A stretch of 44,329 nucleotides of DNA from Gemmatimonadales bacterium (lineage in GTDB: Bacteria; Gemmatimonadota; Gemmatimonadetes; Gemmatimonadales; GWC2-71-9), in assembly GCA_035692845.1 (NCBI GenBank), contig DASSHL010000441.1:1-44329 (forward strand), given 5' to 3'. The translations under genes and the position numbers were made by a program. The notes beneath the pieces were generated by a model, which worked only from the letters and a program-made list of their open reading frames with translations, did no database searches and was not told where the DNA came from. Below are positions 15,504 through 24,746 of this stretch, in pieces. How positions within the stretch are numbered: position 1 is the first letter of the stretch; each line of letters begins with the position of its first letter.

Positions 15504-17881
15504 ACTCACTTCCCGTCCAATGGTTCAACGCGGGCTACCGGGACCTCATTTCGGTTGTCCCGCCGAATGCCCCGCTCTCCCCCGGCTCGCGGCTCGCGGC
15601 CGGGCAGCTCGGCAAGGCCCCGGGCCGTCGGCTCGCGAACGGGACGTGGGCGGGCTATGCCTGGCTCGCGGAGACGACGACCGAGGAAGCCGTCAAGCAG
15701 TGGTCGCAGGACGGGGCAAACATCGGTCTCCGGACCGAGCGATTCCCGGCGGTCGACATCGACTGCCTCGATGAGACGCTGGCGCGGGAACTCACCGGAA
15801 TCGCGACACGCCTTCTCGGGCCAGCGCCGATCCGCACCGGACGGGCGCCCAAATCCCTCCTGCTCTACCGCCTCGCCGGCAATCCGTTCGCCCGGATGGC
15901 GCTCCTCATCTATCCGGAAGGCAAGGGGCCGGCAAAGCCCTGTCACCTCCTGGAGGTCTTGGGGGCTGGTCGGCAGTGCGTCATTGCCGGACAGCACCCG
16001 TCCGGGAATCAGTATACTTGGAACCAGCCGCTCCCGCCGGCCGAGTCGCTCACCCCCCTGAGCAAGGAGCAGGTCTCGGCGTTCTTCGAGGAGGTGACGT
16101 CCTTGCTCGAGGCCATCGGCTGCGAGGTCGAGCGCGTCGGCAATGGCGTCATTCGTTCGCGCGAGGGCGCAGACCAGAACACGCTGGTCGCGCCGTCGAT
16201 CGACGTGCTGAACGAAGTCGTGGCGATGATTCCGAATCCGCCGGACACGGACCGGGACCTTTACATCAAGGTCGGCTACGCCCTCCGGGCGGCGTGGCCG
16301 GAGGACGAAGAGGCGGCCTTCCAGGTCTGGTCGACGTGGTGCGAGAAGCACGAAGGCAAGAGCCGCGGGACGCCCGACGACTGGCGCAATGACTGGCGGC
16401 GGATGCACCCGCCCTACGCGGTCGGCTTCGGCTGGCTCGCGGAGATGGCGCGCGCGCACGGGTACAACGACGCGGCGCTCGACTTCGAGGCCGTGGATGC
16501 CGTGGCCGTCAAGAATGACGCGGATGCCCAGGAGCCGATCGCGCTCTCCGACCAGTGGGCGACCGAACGCATCATCCGCTCGGACGGTCATCTCGTCCGC
16601 TACGTCCCCGCGGAGGGGAAGTGGTATGTCTGGGACCAGGGCCGCTGGCGCCCGGATGCGCTGAACCTCGCGATGCACCTCGCGGCAAAGGGACTCGACG
16701 GCCTGTCGCGGGTCGTCGCACGAGTCGGCGTGACACCGAAGGAGCAGAAGGAGTCACTGACGCAGGCTCGCCGGCTCTCCTCCGCCTACGCCCGGGACTC
16801 GGTCGTGAAGCTGATGGAGTCGGCGCCGCAGATCGCCCTCCGGCCGGATGTCTTCGACAGCGACCCGTGGGCGCTCAACACGCCCGGCGGGGTGCTGGAC
16901 CTCCGGACGGGGGTGATGGGGCCGCACAATCCGGATGCCCTCTGCTCGAAGATGACCGCCGTCGCGCCCGATATGGACGCCGGCTGCCCGACCTGGCACT
17001 CCTTCTTGCTCGAGGCCACGAACGGCCAGCCGGACGTGATTCGGTACCTACAGCGTGTCATCGGCTACTGCCTGACCGGCCAAGTGTCTGAGCAGGCGTT
17101 CTGGATGCTCTGGGGACCGGGCGGGAACGGCAAGTCCGTCTTCCTCAACACGGTAACCGGCATTCTCGGTGACTACGCGCGGACCGCGCCGATGGATACC
17201 TTCACGTCCGCGAACAATGACCGGCACCCGACGGAACTCGCGATGCTCCTCGGCGCGCGATTGGTCAGCGCGAGCGAGACTCAGGCCAGCCGCAAGTGGG
17301 ACGAAGCGCGGGTCAAGGGACTGACCGGCGGCGATCCCGTCACGGCGCGCTTCATGCGCCAGGACTTCTTCACCTACCAGCCGCAGTTCAAGCTCCTCTT
17401 CGTGGGCAACCACAAGCCGGAACTGCAGGTCGCCGACCAGGCGATGCGGCGCCGGATCCACCTGATCCCCTTCACCGTGACACCGAAGGTCGTCGACACG
17501 GAACTGGGGAGACGCTTGAAGTCGGAATGGCCGGCCATCCTCGCCTGGGCGGTCCGCGGCTGTCTCGACTGGCAGAAGGACGGCCTCGCCGCCCCGCCGT
17601 CGGTCTTCGACGCGACGGAGGAATATTTCAACGAGCAGGACGCCATCGGCCGGTGGCTTGACGAATCGACCGCGGAAGGCGAAGATGAGTTCGTGACGAC
17701 GGAGCGACTCTTCGAGTCGTGGCGGGAATGGGCCGGGCGGAACGGCGAATCCGCGGGGACGATGCGCGCGTTCGTTGCCCGGCTGCAGACGAAGGGATTG
17801 CACAAGGCACGCGAGAAAGGCTCGCGGCGTAATGGCTTCTTGGGACGACGGCTCTTGCCGTTCAGAGAGGAGTTAGTATGA
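15500..17881 (+). CDS. bifunctional prim-pol primase / D5-P4-type SF3 helicase
   Basis: The N-terminal prim-pol domain has AVDIDCLD. It is followed by a D5_N-like middle region, Walker A WGPGGNGKS and LVSASE, in 793 aa. Confidence 0.9.
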   Translation: MNSLPVQWFNAGYRDLISVVPPNAPLSPGSRLAAGQLGKAPGRRLANGTWAGYAWLAETTTEEAVKQWSQDGANIGLRTERFPAVDIDCLDETLARELTGIATRLLGPAPIRTGRAPKSLLLYRLAGNPFARMALLIYPEGKGPAKPCHLLEVLGAGRQCVIAGQHPSGNQYTWNQPLPPAESLTPLSKEQVSAFFEEVTSLLEAIGCEVERVGNGVIRSREGADQNTLVAPSIDVLNEVVAMIPNPPDTDRDLYIKVGYALRAAWPEDEEAAFQVWSTWCEKHEGKSRGTPDDWRNDWRRMHPPYAVGFGWLAEMARAHGYNDAALDFEAVDAVAVKNDADAQEPIALSDQWATERIIRSDGHLVRYVPAEGKWYVWDQGRWRPDALNLAMHLAAKGLDGLSRVVARVGVTPKEQKESLTQARRLSSAYARDSVVKLMESAPQIALRPDVFDSDPWALNTPGGVLDLRTGVMGPHNPDALCSKMTAVAPDMDAGCPTWHSFLLEATNGQPDVIRYLQRVIGYCLTGQVSEQAFWMLWGPGGNGKSVFLNTVTGILGDYARTAPMDTFTSANNDRHPTELAMLLGARLVSASETQASRKWDEARVKGLTGGDPVTARFMRQDFFTYQPQFKLLFVGNHKPELQVADQAMRRRIHLIPFTVTPKVVDTELGRRLKSEWPAILAWAVRGCLDWQKDGLAAPPSVFDATEEYFNEQDAIGRWLDESTAEGEDEFVTTERLFESWREWAGRNGESAGTMRAFVARLQTKGLHKAREKGSRRNGFLGRRLLPFREELV

Positions 17882-18132
17882 TCACAGACGCACAGTTGGG
17901 CATGTGGGTCGCCAGTCGAAAGCTGACGGACCCGACGCAGAAGATCGCACGGTATGACGACCTGCTGGACGCCCTCGTTCAGGAACGGCGGATGAGTGAA
18001 AGCCTGGCGGGCGACGTGGCGGATCTGACTTCGCGCCAGTCGGAGATCGGCCTCCCCGACGCCCCGCCGATCGACAATCTGATGCAGTCGCAGCTCGAGG
18101 AATACGGTCTTCCGAGGATGTTCACCACATGA
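17878..18132 (+). CDS. hypothetical protein (84 aa)
   Basis: ATGA overlaps. Confidence 0.5.
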   Translation: MITDAQLGMWVASRKLTDPTQKIARYDDLLDALVQERRMSESLAGDVADLTSRQSEIGLPDAPPIDNLMQSQLEEYGLPRMFTT

Positions 18133-18446
18133 ACGAGCTCCTCGATCGTTACGTCGATATGCTCCGGGACGGCTTCTACACCGCCCCGGGGACTGATCCG
18201 ATCGTCTTCGCCGTCCAGGCGCTTGCCCGCGAGGCGATCCGCGCGGCGGACCTCGCCGAGAAAATGAATCCCGATCCGAAGGAGATGGACCCGACGGCCC
18301 TGACGGCGGCCCTGGCGACCGTCTTCGGCGCGGTGGTGCTCGCCGCCTCGCAGATCGGCCTCTCGCCGGAGCAATTGCTTCGCACTCATGTGACTGGCCT
18401 GGAGTTGATGGACCCGTCGCGCTACTCCTCGGCGAGGCTCGGATGA
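18129..18446 (+). CDS. hypothetical helical protein (105 aa)
   Basis: ATGA overlaps. A MazG-like fold was considered, but no EExxE motif is visible. Confidence 0.5.
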   Translation: MNELLDRYVDMLRDGFYTAPGTDPIVFAVQALAREAIRAADLAEKMNPDPKEMDPTALTAALATVFGAVVLAASQIGLSPEQLLRTHVTGLELMDPSRYSSARLG

Positions 18447-18823
18447 ACGAGACCGAACGGCAGGAGATGGCGCGAATGCGCGCAACTAGGACGGGTCAGT
18501 ACGTTCCGCTCGGACCGCTCACACACTATCCGCCGCCCCAGGAGACGATCCTGCAGGAGGCCCAGCGGCTCGTCCACGGCGACCGCGGGGCCGACTACGG
18601 TCACCCGATCGACGACTACAAGGCGACCGGCGAGATGTGGGGGGCAATACTGGAAAGGGCGAAGTGGGTGAAGGGACCGGTCGATCCCCGCATCGCCTGT
18701 CTGATGATGGCGGCGATGAAGGTGAGTCGCGAGGCGGGGAAGCACAAGCGGGACAATCTGACCGACTTGGCGGGCTACGCCGAGTGCGCGCAGATGGTGG
18801 CCGAACGACAGGAGGGCAAATGA
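18443..18823 (+). CDS. DUF6378-like protein
   Basis: LVHGDRGADYGHP...MMAAMKVSREAG.HKRDNLTDLAGYA matches that family's pattern as I remember it. Confidence 0.5.
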   Translation: MNETERQEMARMRATRTGQYVPLGPLTHYPPPQETILQEAQRLVHGDRGADYGHPIDDYKATGEMWGAILERAKWVKGPVDPRIACLMMAAMKVSREAGKHKRDNLTDLAGYAECAQMVAERQEGK

Positions 18824-18969
18824 AGAAGCTCTGGAACCGTTTCCGCCGGGGCGCGGCCTCGGTCCTGGGGTCGGCGGCCTGCGTCCTGATGATTGCGGGC
18901 ATCGTCATCGGCATCGCGGGTCTCGACCTCGCGACGTGGATCGACGACCAGGCCGAGACGCTGCTGTGA
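18820..18969 (+). CDS. small membrane protein (49 aa)
   Basis: Hydrophobic stretch AASVLGSAACVLMIAGIVIGIAGL and an ATGA overlap. Confidence 0.45.
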   Translation: MKKLWNRFRRGAASVLGSAACVLMIAGIVIGIAGLDLATWIDDQAETLL

Positions 18970-19157
18970 CCCTGCACCGCCCGGCCCTGGAACCGCTCGA
19001 GGGAGAGGTCGATGAGCTCGACTTCTCCCCCGGGATGACGAACGCGGTCTGTCCGATCGACGGCGTGCGGCTCATCCCCCGGGCCGAAGGGGGCCGGGGG
19101 TTCCGCTGTCCCGCCTGTCGGCGGTCCTTGACCGAACTGGTGCGGCTGAAGGTCTAG
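18966..19157 (+). CDS. small zinc-ribbon-like protein (63 aa); last gene of the + arm
   Basis: GTGA overlap; CPIDG...CPACRR. Confidence 0.45.
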   Translation: MTLHRPALEPLEGEVDELDFSPGMTNAVCPIDGVRLIPRAEGGRGFRCPACRRSLTELVRLKV

Positions 19158-19170
19158 AGTCGGATGCTCT

Positions 19171-19944
19171 TCATCTCCACATCGTCTCCCCGTTCTGCCG
19201 AGCCAGATCACTCATTCTCTGGAACCACGCTTGCTGCAGTTCACTGACGACATCGGGCGTCACTGTCGGCGAGGTTAGACGTTCCGGAACGTACTGCGGC
19301 ACCGCGGGGGCGTTCCAGGGCTCGCGGACGACGCGGCCATTGGTCAGGTAGGCGTTCCCGGCCAGGTCGTGATTCGTAAATCGCTCTGGGGCCTGGTACT
19401 CCTTTCCCGGGGTCCACCGGTATCCTTCCCCCGGTCGAATCGTCCCCGGATCCCCCGGGATCCACGTCCCCGCGGGACCAGGACGACCAGGGAGTTCTGG
19501 CGTACGAGGAACGGGTAGACGTTCCAAGACGGAACTTACGGCTTCAGGAAGCACTGCCCCAGCGACGAGGCTCCCGACCTCGGTGCCCGCCTGGGTTCCC
19601 TCAGAGCCCGCTGGAGCCCCGAAGAGGCGCTGCAGATAGTTGGTGAGGTGCTGGGTCAGTTCGTCCCCCTTGGCGCGCACGGCGGGGAACGCCGGCGGCA
19701 GGAAGGGGAGATCCAACGACGCGACGTCGGTCAGGGCACCGCCGGCGAAGGCGGGAATCCCGGAGGGCAGGGCGCGAGGAAAGTCGTGCCCGAACGCCTC
19801 CCGGCGGGCCTGGAAGTCCGCCTGAGACTGGGCACGCTCCGCGGGGGTCATCCCCATCTGGCGGAAGGCGAGCTCGATCGCGCTCGGGAGATGGCCGGCG
19901 TGGACCGTGATGTCCGGCAGCCGGACGGGCCGGGGACCGGTCAC
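19171..19944 (-). CDS. hypothetical late protein (257 aa), probably virion-internal
   Basis: Last gene of the late arm, Pro/Gly-rich, with a 4-nt overlap with the upstream gene. Confidence 0.55.
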   Translation of the reverse strand: MTGPRPVRLPDITVHAGHLPSAIELAFRQMGMTPAERAQSQADFQARREAFGHDFPRALPSGIPAFAGGALTDVASLDLPFLPPAFPAVRAKGDELTQHLTNYLQRLFGAPAGSEGTQAGTEVGSLVAGAVLPEAVSSVLERLPVPRTPELPGRPGPAGTWIPGDPGTIRPGEGYRWTPGKEYQAPERFTNHDLAGNAYLTNGRVVREPWNAPAVPQYVPERLTSPTVTPDVVSELQQAWFQRMSDLARQNGETMWR

Positions 19945-22442
19945 TGGGCGCCGGCCACCTGATCCCCGGAGAGATGCCGCAGGAAGCCCGGCAGAAGGAA
20001 CGACGGGGCCAACATCATCGGCCCTACCACTGCCCCGGCGGTGAACTGCTTGCCACCGGTGGTGCCCCCGAACATCCCGGCGGTGGTCGCCTGTCCCGGA
20101 AGGGCGCCCCGGGCGGCAGCCGCCGCGGCGCGCTGGGCCTCAACGGCGCTCAGGTTTTGCTGCATTTCAGGCCCCTTCGCCCCCAGGAAGTCCACCATCC
20201 TGCCCGCGGTCTGCCGATCGGCGGCCTGCTGGGCATCCGCCTGCACCCACGTCGCCAGCTTCCGCCAGAGCCGACCTCCGAAGTTGCGTGGTCCGAAGAG
20301 GGATTGCACGAGTTCTGTGCGCGGGGTGGTCTTCGAGCCGGCGATGGCCTCACGCGAGGCATGGAGCCATTCCTGCGCTGCGGCGGTCTCGAAGAACTTG
20401 TCCATCTCGGCGCTCGAACCGAAAGCTGCCCGCAGGCGACTTTCGAGTTGCTGGTTGGATCGCTGCACCGCGGCACGCCCGGCATTGGCGCCCTTCGCCA
20501 TATTCCGGAGATCGCTCGTGTATTCATCCAACATCCGCACCCGATACGCAGTGCGGGCTTCCGCTCCCGCAGGTCCTTCTCCAAAGGACTGCAGGATCTC
20601 CGGGATGCGCTCCGGCGCTTCATCCAGCGCCTTTGCCCCAAGCGTATGCGCCTCCACCAGGCGATCCGCCCGGATGCGCTCCATGTACTGACTGACCTGC
20701 TCGTTATCCCCGAGAATGACGCGCAGACGGCCTTCGATGCTTTGGTCCCCGCGCTGCAGCGCCTTTTTGGCTGCATCCGAGCCGGGCTCCAGGTTCCGCA
20801 GAGAAGCGACATAGCTGTCCGCCGCGGACAAGCGGTACGCATTGCGCGCTTCCTCCGAAACGGTATTGGGCGTCCCATCCACGCGCGTCTCCGGTCCGAA
20901 ATCCCGGAGATTCTGGGCGATCTGTCGCTCATCCAGGTTCACGGCATTCTTGCCCAACCGCGTCCCCTTCTCGACGGCCTGGTTCTCCGCCCAGCCGAGA
21001 CGTGCCTGGCCGTAGCCCGGGAAGGCGTCCTCCATGCCCTGTTCGAGCCGTTCGGCCATTCCGCGCATCAGGCGGGCATCCCCACGCGCCCCTCCCGCGT
21101 AAATCGCATCCGCGCGATCGCGCAGTGTCTGTGCGGCGGTCTGGAATCGCTGGAAGTTCGCGGGCGTCTCCCCGGGATTCACCTCGGGAAGCACGGCGGC
21201 AATCTCCGGAAGCTGCATGGCATCCTGCAGCTTCTTGGTCGTCGGAGAGTTCCAGTCAATCTCTGGGTTGTCACGTTCCAGGACGGCGAACGTCCGGGCT
21301 CGCAACGCCGGCCGTGCCGCACGTGCCGCTGCCCGCGCCTCGATGGCGTCGATCCCCGGAACTCCCGCGGCCTGCTCCGCCGCCGCCGCGAGTCGAGTCC
21401 CTCCGGTCATCGCCCGGTCCTGGACGCTTGCCCTCATGTCCGCGGCCGAAGGCAATGTCGGTCCCTGCGCCCCGGGCGGCAGCGCAGCGCCGGTCGCCTG
21501 TTCTGCCTGACTCGCCAGAATGCCGCCAGCCCGACCACTACGCTCTATGAGGTCTTGCGCCACGCGCGGCTTGAGGTCTGGCGCGCGCGTCAATGCGGCG
21601 TCCATCACTTCACCCCGATTGGCGTCCCCCAACGTCACTTCGCCCGGCGCAGACCGCTCGAGTCGCGAGACGATCTCAGACACGTTCGGCGGCAGAACCG
21701 AGGAGGCCAGTCCGGCGGTAGAGCCTTCCGTCGCCGCGGCGCGACTGATAGACCCCGGCACGAAGTCCGGGAGCATACCGCGAACCAGGCGGACAGCGCC
21801 TCCGGCGGCCGAGAGGGCCGGCTTCGTCGCCGCGCCGAGCACCCCGCCGGCGAGGGCACCGGTGCCGGCGCCGAAGGCCGCGTCCCTCGCGGCCTGCTCG
21901 GGATTCGTGAGATCCGGCGTATCGCTCAGGCCCTGCAGACCTCCCACGACGCCGCCGGCCGTAGCACCTGCGCGCGCCAGCTGGCCAATGGTCGGCGCGG
22001 CATCGCTCACCGCCGTCCCGAGAAAGCCCAGGCCCCTAAGCGCCGCGGACCCGGCCAGCGCGCCTCCGGCGCCTCCCAGAATGTGCATCGCGACGTTCAT
22101 CTTCGGGTGCTCGCGCGCGTAGGCCGCGTTGCGCGCCCGCACGATGTCCCGGCCCTCGAGATATGCCTGCTTGGCGCCTTCCAGACCCGTCTGGGGACTC
22201 ACCATCACGCTCCCCACCGCGTCGAGCGCCCCGCTGATCCGGTCCAGGAACGGGAGCGCCCCAGCGCCGAATGCCTCCACAGCGGTCCCCTGTCCCGCCA
22301 TATCCTGCTGGGCAAGGTGCGTCTTCAGGGCGTCGAAGGACGGGATCGCGCCCTGGGTGTCCTCGTGGATCAGCGCGTCGACCTCCGACCGCGACATCCC
22401 GTTGTGCATCGCCTTCAGGGCGAGCTGGAAAAGTTCATCCAT
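19941..22442 (-). CDS. large internal virion / ejection-type protein (833 aa)
   Basis: Starts at MDELFQLAL, with the ATG overlapping the upstream TAA. It has Gly/Ala-rich hydrophobic segments and then long helical repeats. It sits after the fibres, as in podoviruses. Confidence 0.55.
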   Translation of the reverse strand: MDELFQLALKAMHNGMSRSEVDALIHEDTQGAIPSFDALKTHLAQQDMAGQGTAVEAFGAGALPFLDRISGALDAVGSVMVSPQTGLEGAKQAYLEGRDIVRARNAAYAREHPKMNVAMHILGGAGGALAGSAALRGLGFLGTAVSDAAPTIGQLARAGATAGGVVGGLQGLSDTPDLTNPEQAARDAAFGAGTGALAGGVLGAATKPALSAAGGAVRLVRGMLPDFVPGSISRAAATEGSTAGLASSVLPPNVSEIVSRLERSAPGEVTLGDANRGEVMDAALTRAPDLKPRVAQDLIERSGRAGGILASQAEQATGAALPPGAQGPTLPSAADMRASVQDRAMTGGTRLAAAAEQAAGVPGIDAIEARAAARAARPALRARTFAVLERDNPEIDWNSPTTKKLQDAMQLPEIAAVLPEVNPGETPANFQRFQTAAQTLRDRADAIYAGGARGDARLMRGMAERLEQGMEDAFPGYGQARLGWAENQAVEKGTRLGKNAVNLDERQIAQNLRDFGPETRVDGTPNTVSEEARNAYRLSAADSYVASLRNLEPGSDAAKKALQRGDQSIEGRLRVILGDNEQVSQYMERIRADRLVEAHTLGAKALDEAPERIPEILQSFGEGPAGAEARTAYRVRMLDEYTSDLRNMAKGANAGRAAVQRSNQQLESRLRAAFGSSAEMDKFFETAAAQEWLHASREAIAGSKTTPRTELVQSLFGPRNFGGRLWRKLATWVQADAQQAADRQTAGRMVDFLGAKGPEMQQNLSAVEAQRAAAAAARGALPGQATTAGMFGGTTGGKQFTAGAVVGPMMLAPSFLLPGFLRHLSGDQVAGAQ

Positions 22443-23647
22443 TACGGGCGCCCTCCGGCAGCCTGCCGCAGACGATCGCGCGCACTGCCCGCTGCACCAC
22501 CGCTCACGCCCGGCGTCCGGCCCATCGCGCGCGTCCCGAAAAAGATGTCTGGCGCGGAGATGTGCGGCCGCACGTCCGGATTCTGGGAGACCAGGTCGTT
22601 GTAGGCCGCCGTATAGCGATCCATCGTCTCCTTGAAGTTGGAGTCCATGATCCGCTGGAGCCCGTCCAGGTACTTCGGGTCCCACGTTCCGTCCGTGAGC
22701 TTCCGGAGCGCGATGTCGGCGCGCCCGTGGACCGACGGGTCGATGTCCTGTAGGTACTGCAGCATCCCGAGGCGGATCTGGCTTCCCGGTTCGGCGCTCT
22801 GGATGAACTGCGTGATCGCGGCCTTGTAGGAGCCCGGCGTCCCGTTGCGGGCCTCCTGCAGGTGGCTCGAGGCACGCCAGTAGGCGTCGACCATCTTGCT
22901 GTTGAGCGTCCCGGCGAACTGCCGATTGAAGTTCGCGATGTCGCCCTGCGTAAGCCGGGCGTTGATCGCCAACTGCGGATCCGGCGGCTCGATGCGCGCC
23001 ATCGGTGACCCGATCGGCCGCGACGTTGTCGGGTCGACCAGCTGCGTGATCGGCTTCCCGTCCGGGCCGACGGTCGCAATCGGGATACCCCGCACCGCGC
23101 TCTCGCTCTGGCTCTTGAGGTATTCCGAGAGCGCCCGCGCTCCGGCGAGCGCCTCCGGCGTCCCGAGGCCGATGAGGTCGTGCATATAGGCCGTCAGCGA
23201 CGGGATGTCGCTCTTGCCGGCGTACTTCTGCCGGAGGGCCGCCATCGCCTGTGCGGCGTGCTGCTGGCTTACGGCCCCTGCCACAGCCTGCTCCTGCCCG
23301 AACCGCTGCTGGTAGCCCTGCCGGCCCGCCTGGAGGCCCTGGGCGAGGATTTCCCCAATCCCCGGACGTACTGCGTGCGGACCGCTGGCGGCGAGAATCG
23401 CAAGTCCGGTGTCAAGCAGACTCTGCCGCCCCAGGCTGTTCGCCTGGTCCGGCGTGAGCAAGCCCTGCTGCAGCGGATCCGCCCCACCGAAGAGGCGCGC
23501 CAGCATCCCCGGAGCCACGGCTGGCATCTGGCGAATCGCCGACGCGGTCGGGGTGTTGGCCTGCAGCGAGAGGATCTCATCCGCAGTGAGCGGCCGCGGT
23601 CCCGCCGGATCCGCGGACGGGATGAATGGCGCGAAGGGAGAGGTCAC
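22442..23647 (-). CDS. internal virion protein candidate (401 aa)
   Basis: GTGA overlap with the upstream gene. The 5' extension of the track ORF overlaps the previous gene. Confidence 0.55.
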   Translation of the reverse strand: MTSPFAPFIPSADPAGPRPLTADEILSLQANTPTASAIRQMPAVAPGMLARLFGGADPLQQGLLTPDQANSLGRQSLLDTGLAILAASGPHAVRPGIGEILAQGLQAGRQGYQQRFGQEQAVAGAVSQQHAAQAMAALRQKYAGKSDIPSLTAYMHDLIGLGTPEALAGARALSEYLKSQSESAVRGIPIATVGPDGKPITQLVDPTTSRPIGSPMARIEPPDPQLAINARLTQGDIANFNRQFAGTLNSKMVDAYWRASSHLQEARNGTPGSYKAAITQFIQSAEPGSQIRLGMLQYLQDIDPSVHGRADIALRKLTDGTWDPKYLDGLQRIMDSNFKETMDRYTAAYNDLVSQNPDVRPHISAPDIFFGTRAMGRTPGVSGGAAGSARDRLRQAAGGRP

Positions 23648-24165
23648 TTGAACGGGCTCCAGCCAAGCCCTCCTGCCGTCGCCGCGAGGCCGGCGATCGT
23701 CCCAAAGGGATTGCCCGGCATCTGCTGGGTCTGGGTCGAGCCACCCCACTGCGCGCCGCCACCCGCCAGATTGGCCAGTTGCATCAGGCGCTGCCACTGG
23801 TCATTCTGGTTCTGGTAGTCAATCCCGGCGAGCGTCGACGCCTCGTTCTGGTTGACTCCGTTCACGAGCTGCGCCTGCAGGATCGCTGAGCGGTCACCCC
23901 CGAATGCGCCGGCCTTCGTCGCCATATCGGCGGCCGAGAGCCCGGCCTGCGTCCGCTGCCGGTCGAACTCCGCCCGCGCCTGGTCCTTGAGCGCCGTCGG
24001 ATCCGGCAAGCCGAGATTCGTGCCGTACTGGCCCGCCTGACCCGTAAGCGCCTGGTTCCCCGAGGCGCTGCCGAGGAGCCCGAGCATATACTGCCGCAGG
24101 ACGTCCTGGTAGTTCTGGGTCTTGCCGTCCGGAGACGTTGTGGTGGTTGCCTGTCCGCCTGCCAT
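23644..24165 (-). CDS. Gly/Gln-rich internal protein candidate (173 aa)
   Basis: ORF in the track, abutting the upstream stop. Confidence 0.55.
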   Translation of the reverse strand: MAGGQATTTTSPDGKTQNYQDVLRQYMLGLLGSASGNQALTGQAGQYGTNLGLPDPTALKDQARAEFDRQRTQAGLSAADMATKAGAFGGDRSAILQAQLVNGVNQNEASTLAGIDYQNQNDQWQRLMQLANLAGGGAQWGGSTQTQQMPGNPFGTIAGLAATAGGLGWSPFK

Positions 24166-24534
24166 CTAAAGCTCCTTCTCGAACCACGTCATCGTCGGAC
24201 TCCAGCCATTCCCGAGCAGCGGGTGGCGCTCCCAGCCCCGGCGCCCAAGCGCCGTCATGCGCGTACAGCCTTGCGACTTGGCCCAGGCTTCGACGACTGG
24301 CCGCATCACGGCGAGTTCTTCCGGGACGCCGCCCATGCAGAAGACGTGGGCCACGCGCTGTCCCGAGGGATGGATCCCCAGCCGCGTCAGGATGAACGAT
24401 CGGGGACCCGGCCAAAGCTGAAGCTGGCCATCCGCGAGTTCCTTCCGGACGTCCTCAAGGGTGTGGGAGCCCCCCGTGTACCCCAGTGCTGCCTGTAGGG
24501 GTGCAAGATAAGGCCCCAGCACGTCTTTTTCCAC
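24166..24534 (-). CDS. conserved phage protein (122 aa); acetyltransferase-like fold suspected
   Basis: The pattern GQLQLWPG..SFILTRL......RVAHVF.MGG...EL....VVEAWAKSQGCTRMTALGRRGWER recurs in many phages. Confidence 0.45.
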   Translation of the reverse strand: MEKDVLGPYLAPLQAALGYTGGSHTLEDVRKELADGQLQLWPGPRSFILTRLGIHPSGQRVAHVFCMGGVPEELAVMRPVVEAWAKSQGCTRMTALGRRGWERHPLLGNGWSPTMTWFEKEL

Positions 24535-24722
24535 TAGACGACCAGTTCCGGCTTCGTCGGAGCCGGTTCGGCGGGGGCCTTCGGCAGGAGGGCCTGGATG
24601 AGGCGCCCCAGCGCCGCGCGCCCCTGCTCGTGGACGGCGAGAGGCACGGGCGCAGCGGCCATGAGTTCGGCGATCAGCGCAACGTCCTTGGCCTGTTCCT
24701 GGGGAAGAGTCGGTTCGGTCAT
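24534..24722 (-). CDS. hypothetical protein (62 aa)
   Basis: AGGAG Shine-Dalgarno upstream and an ATG overlapping the downstream gene. Confidence 0.45.
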   Translation of the reverse strand: MTEPTLPQEQAKDVALIAELMAAAPVPLAVHEQGRAALGRLIQALLPKAPAEPAPTKPELVV

Positions 24723-24746
24723 TGGTGCTCCTGGGGTCCTACGAAG

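Noticed and set aside
18129-18446. A MazG-like NTP pyrophosphohydrolase.
   Set aside because: The protein is helical and of the right size, but the EExxE metal-binding signature is not visible, so it is left as hypothetical.
19157-19171. An expected bidirectional terminator at the convergence point of the two arms.
   Set aside because: Only 13 nt separate the two stop codons, and I see no stem-loop there or in the adjacent 40 nt on either side. No terminator is called.
19974-22604. An 876-aa + strand ORF, with similar long ORFs at 35339..38134 (+), 38071..39993 (+), 33971..35224 (+), 635..1678 (-), 9877..11118 (-), 13157..14374 (-), 15506..16678 (-) and 17048..17803 (-).
   Set aside because: These ORFs are antisense or out of frame to genes with clear family motifs (internal protein, portal, TerL, scaffold, DUF2800, PolA, primase). 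Their translations are Arg/Pro/Gly-rich and low in complexity, as expected for stop-poor shadow frames in high-G+C DNA.
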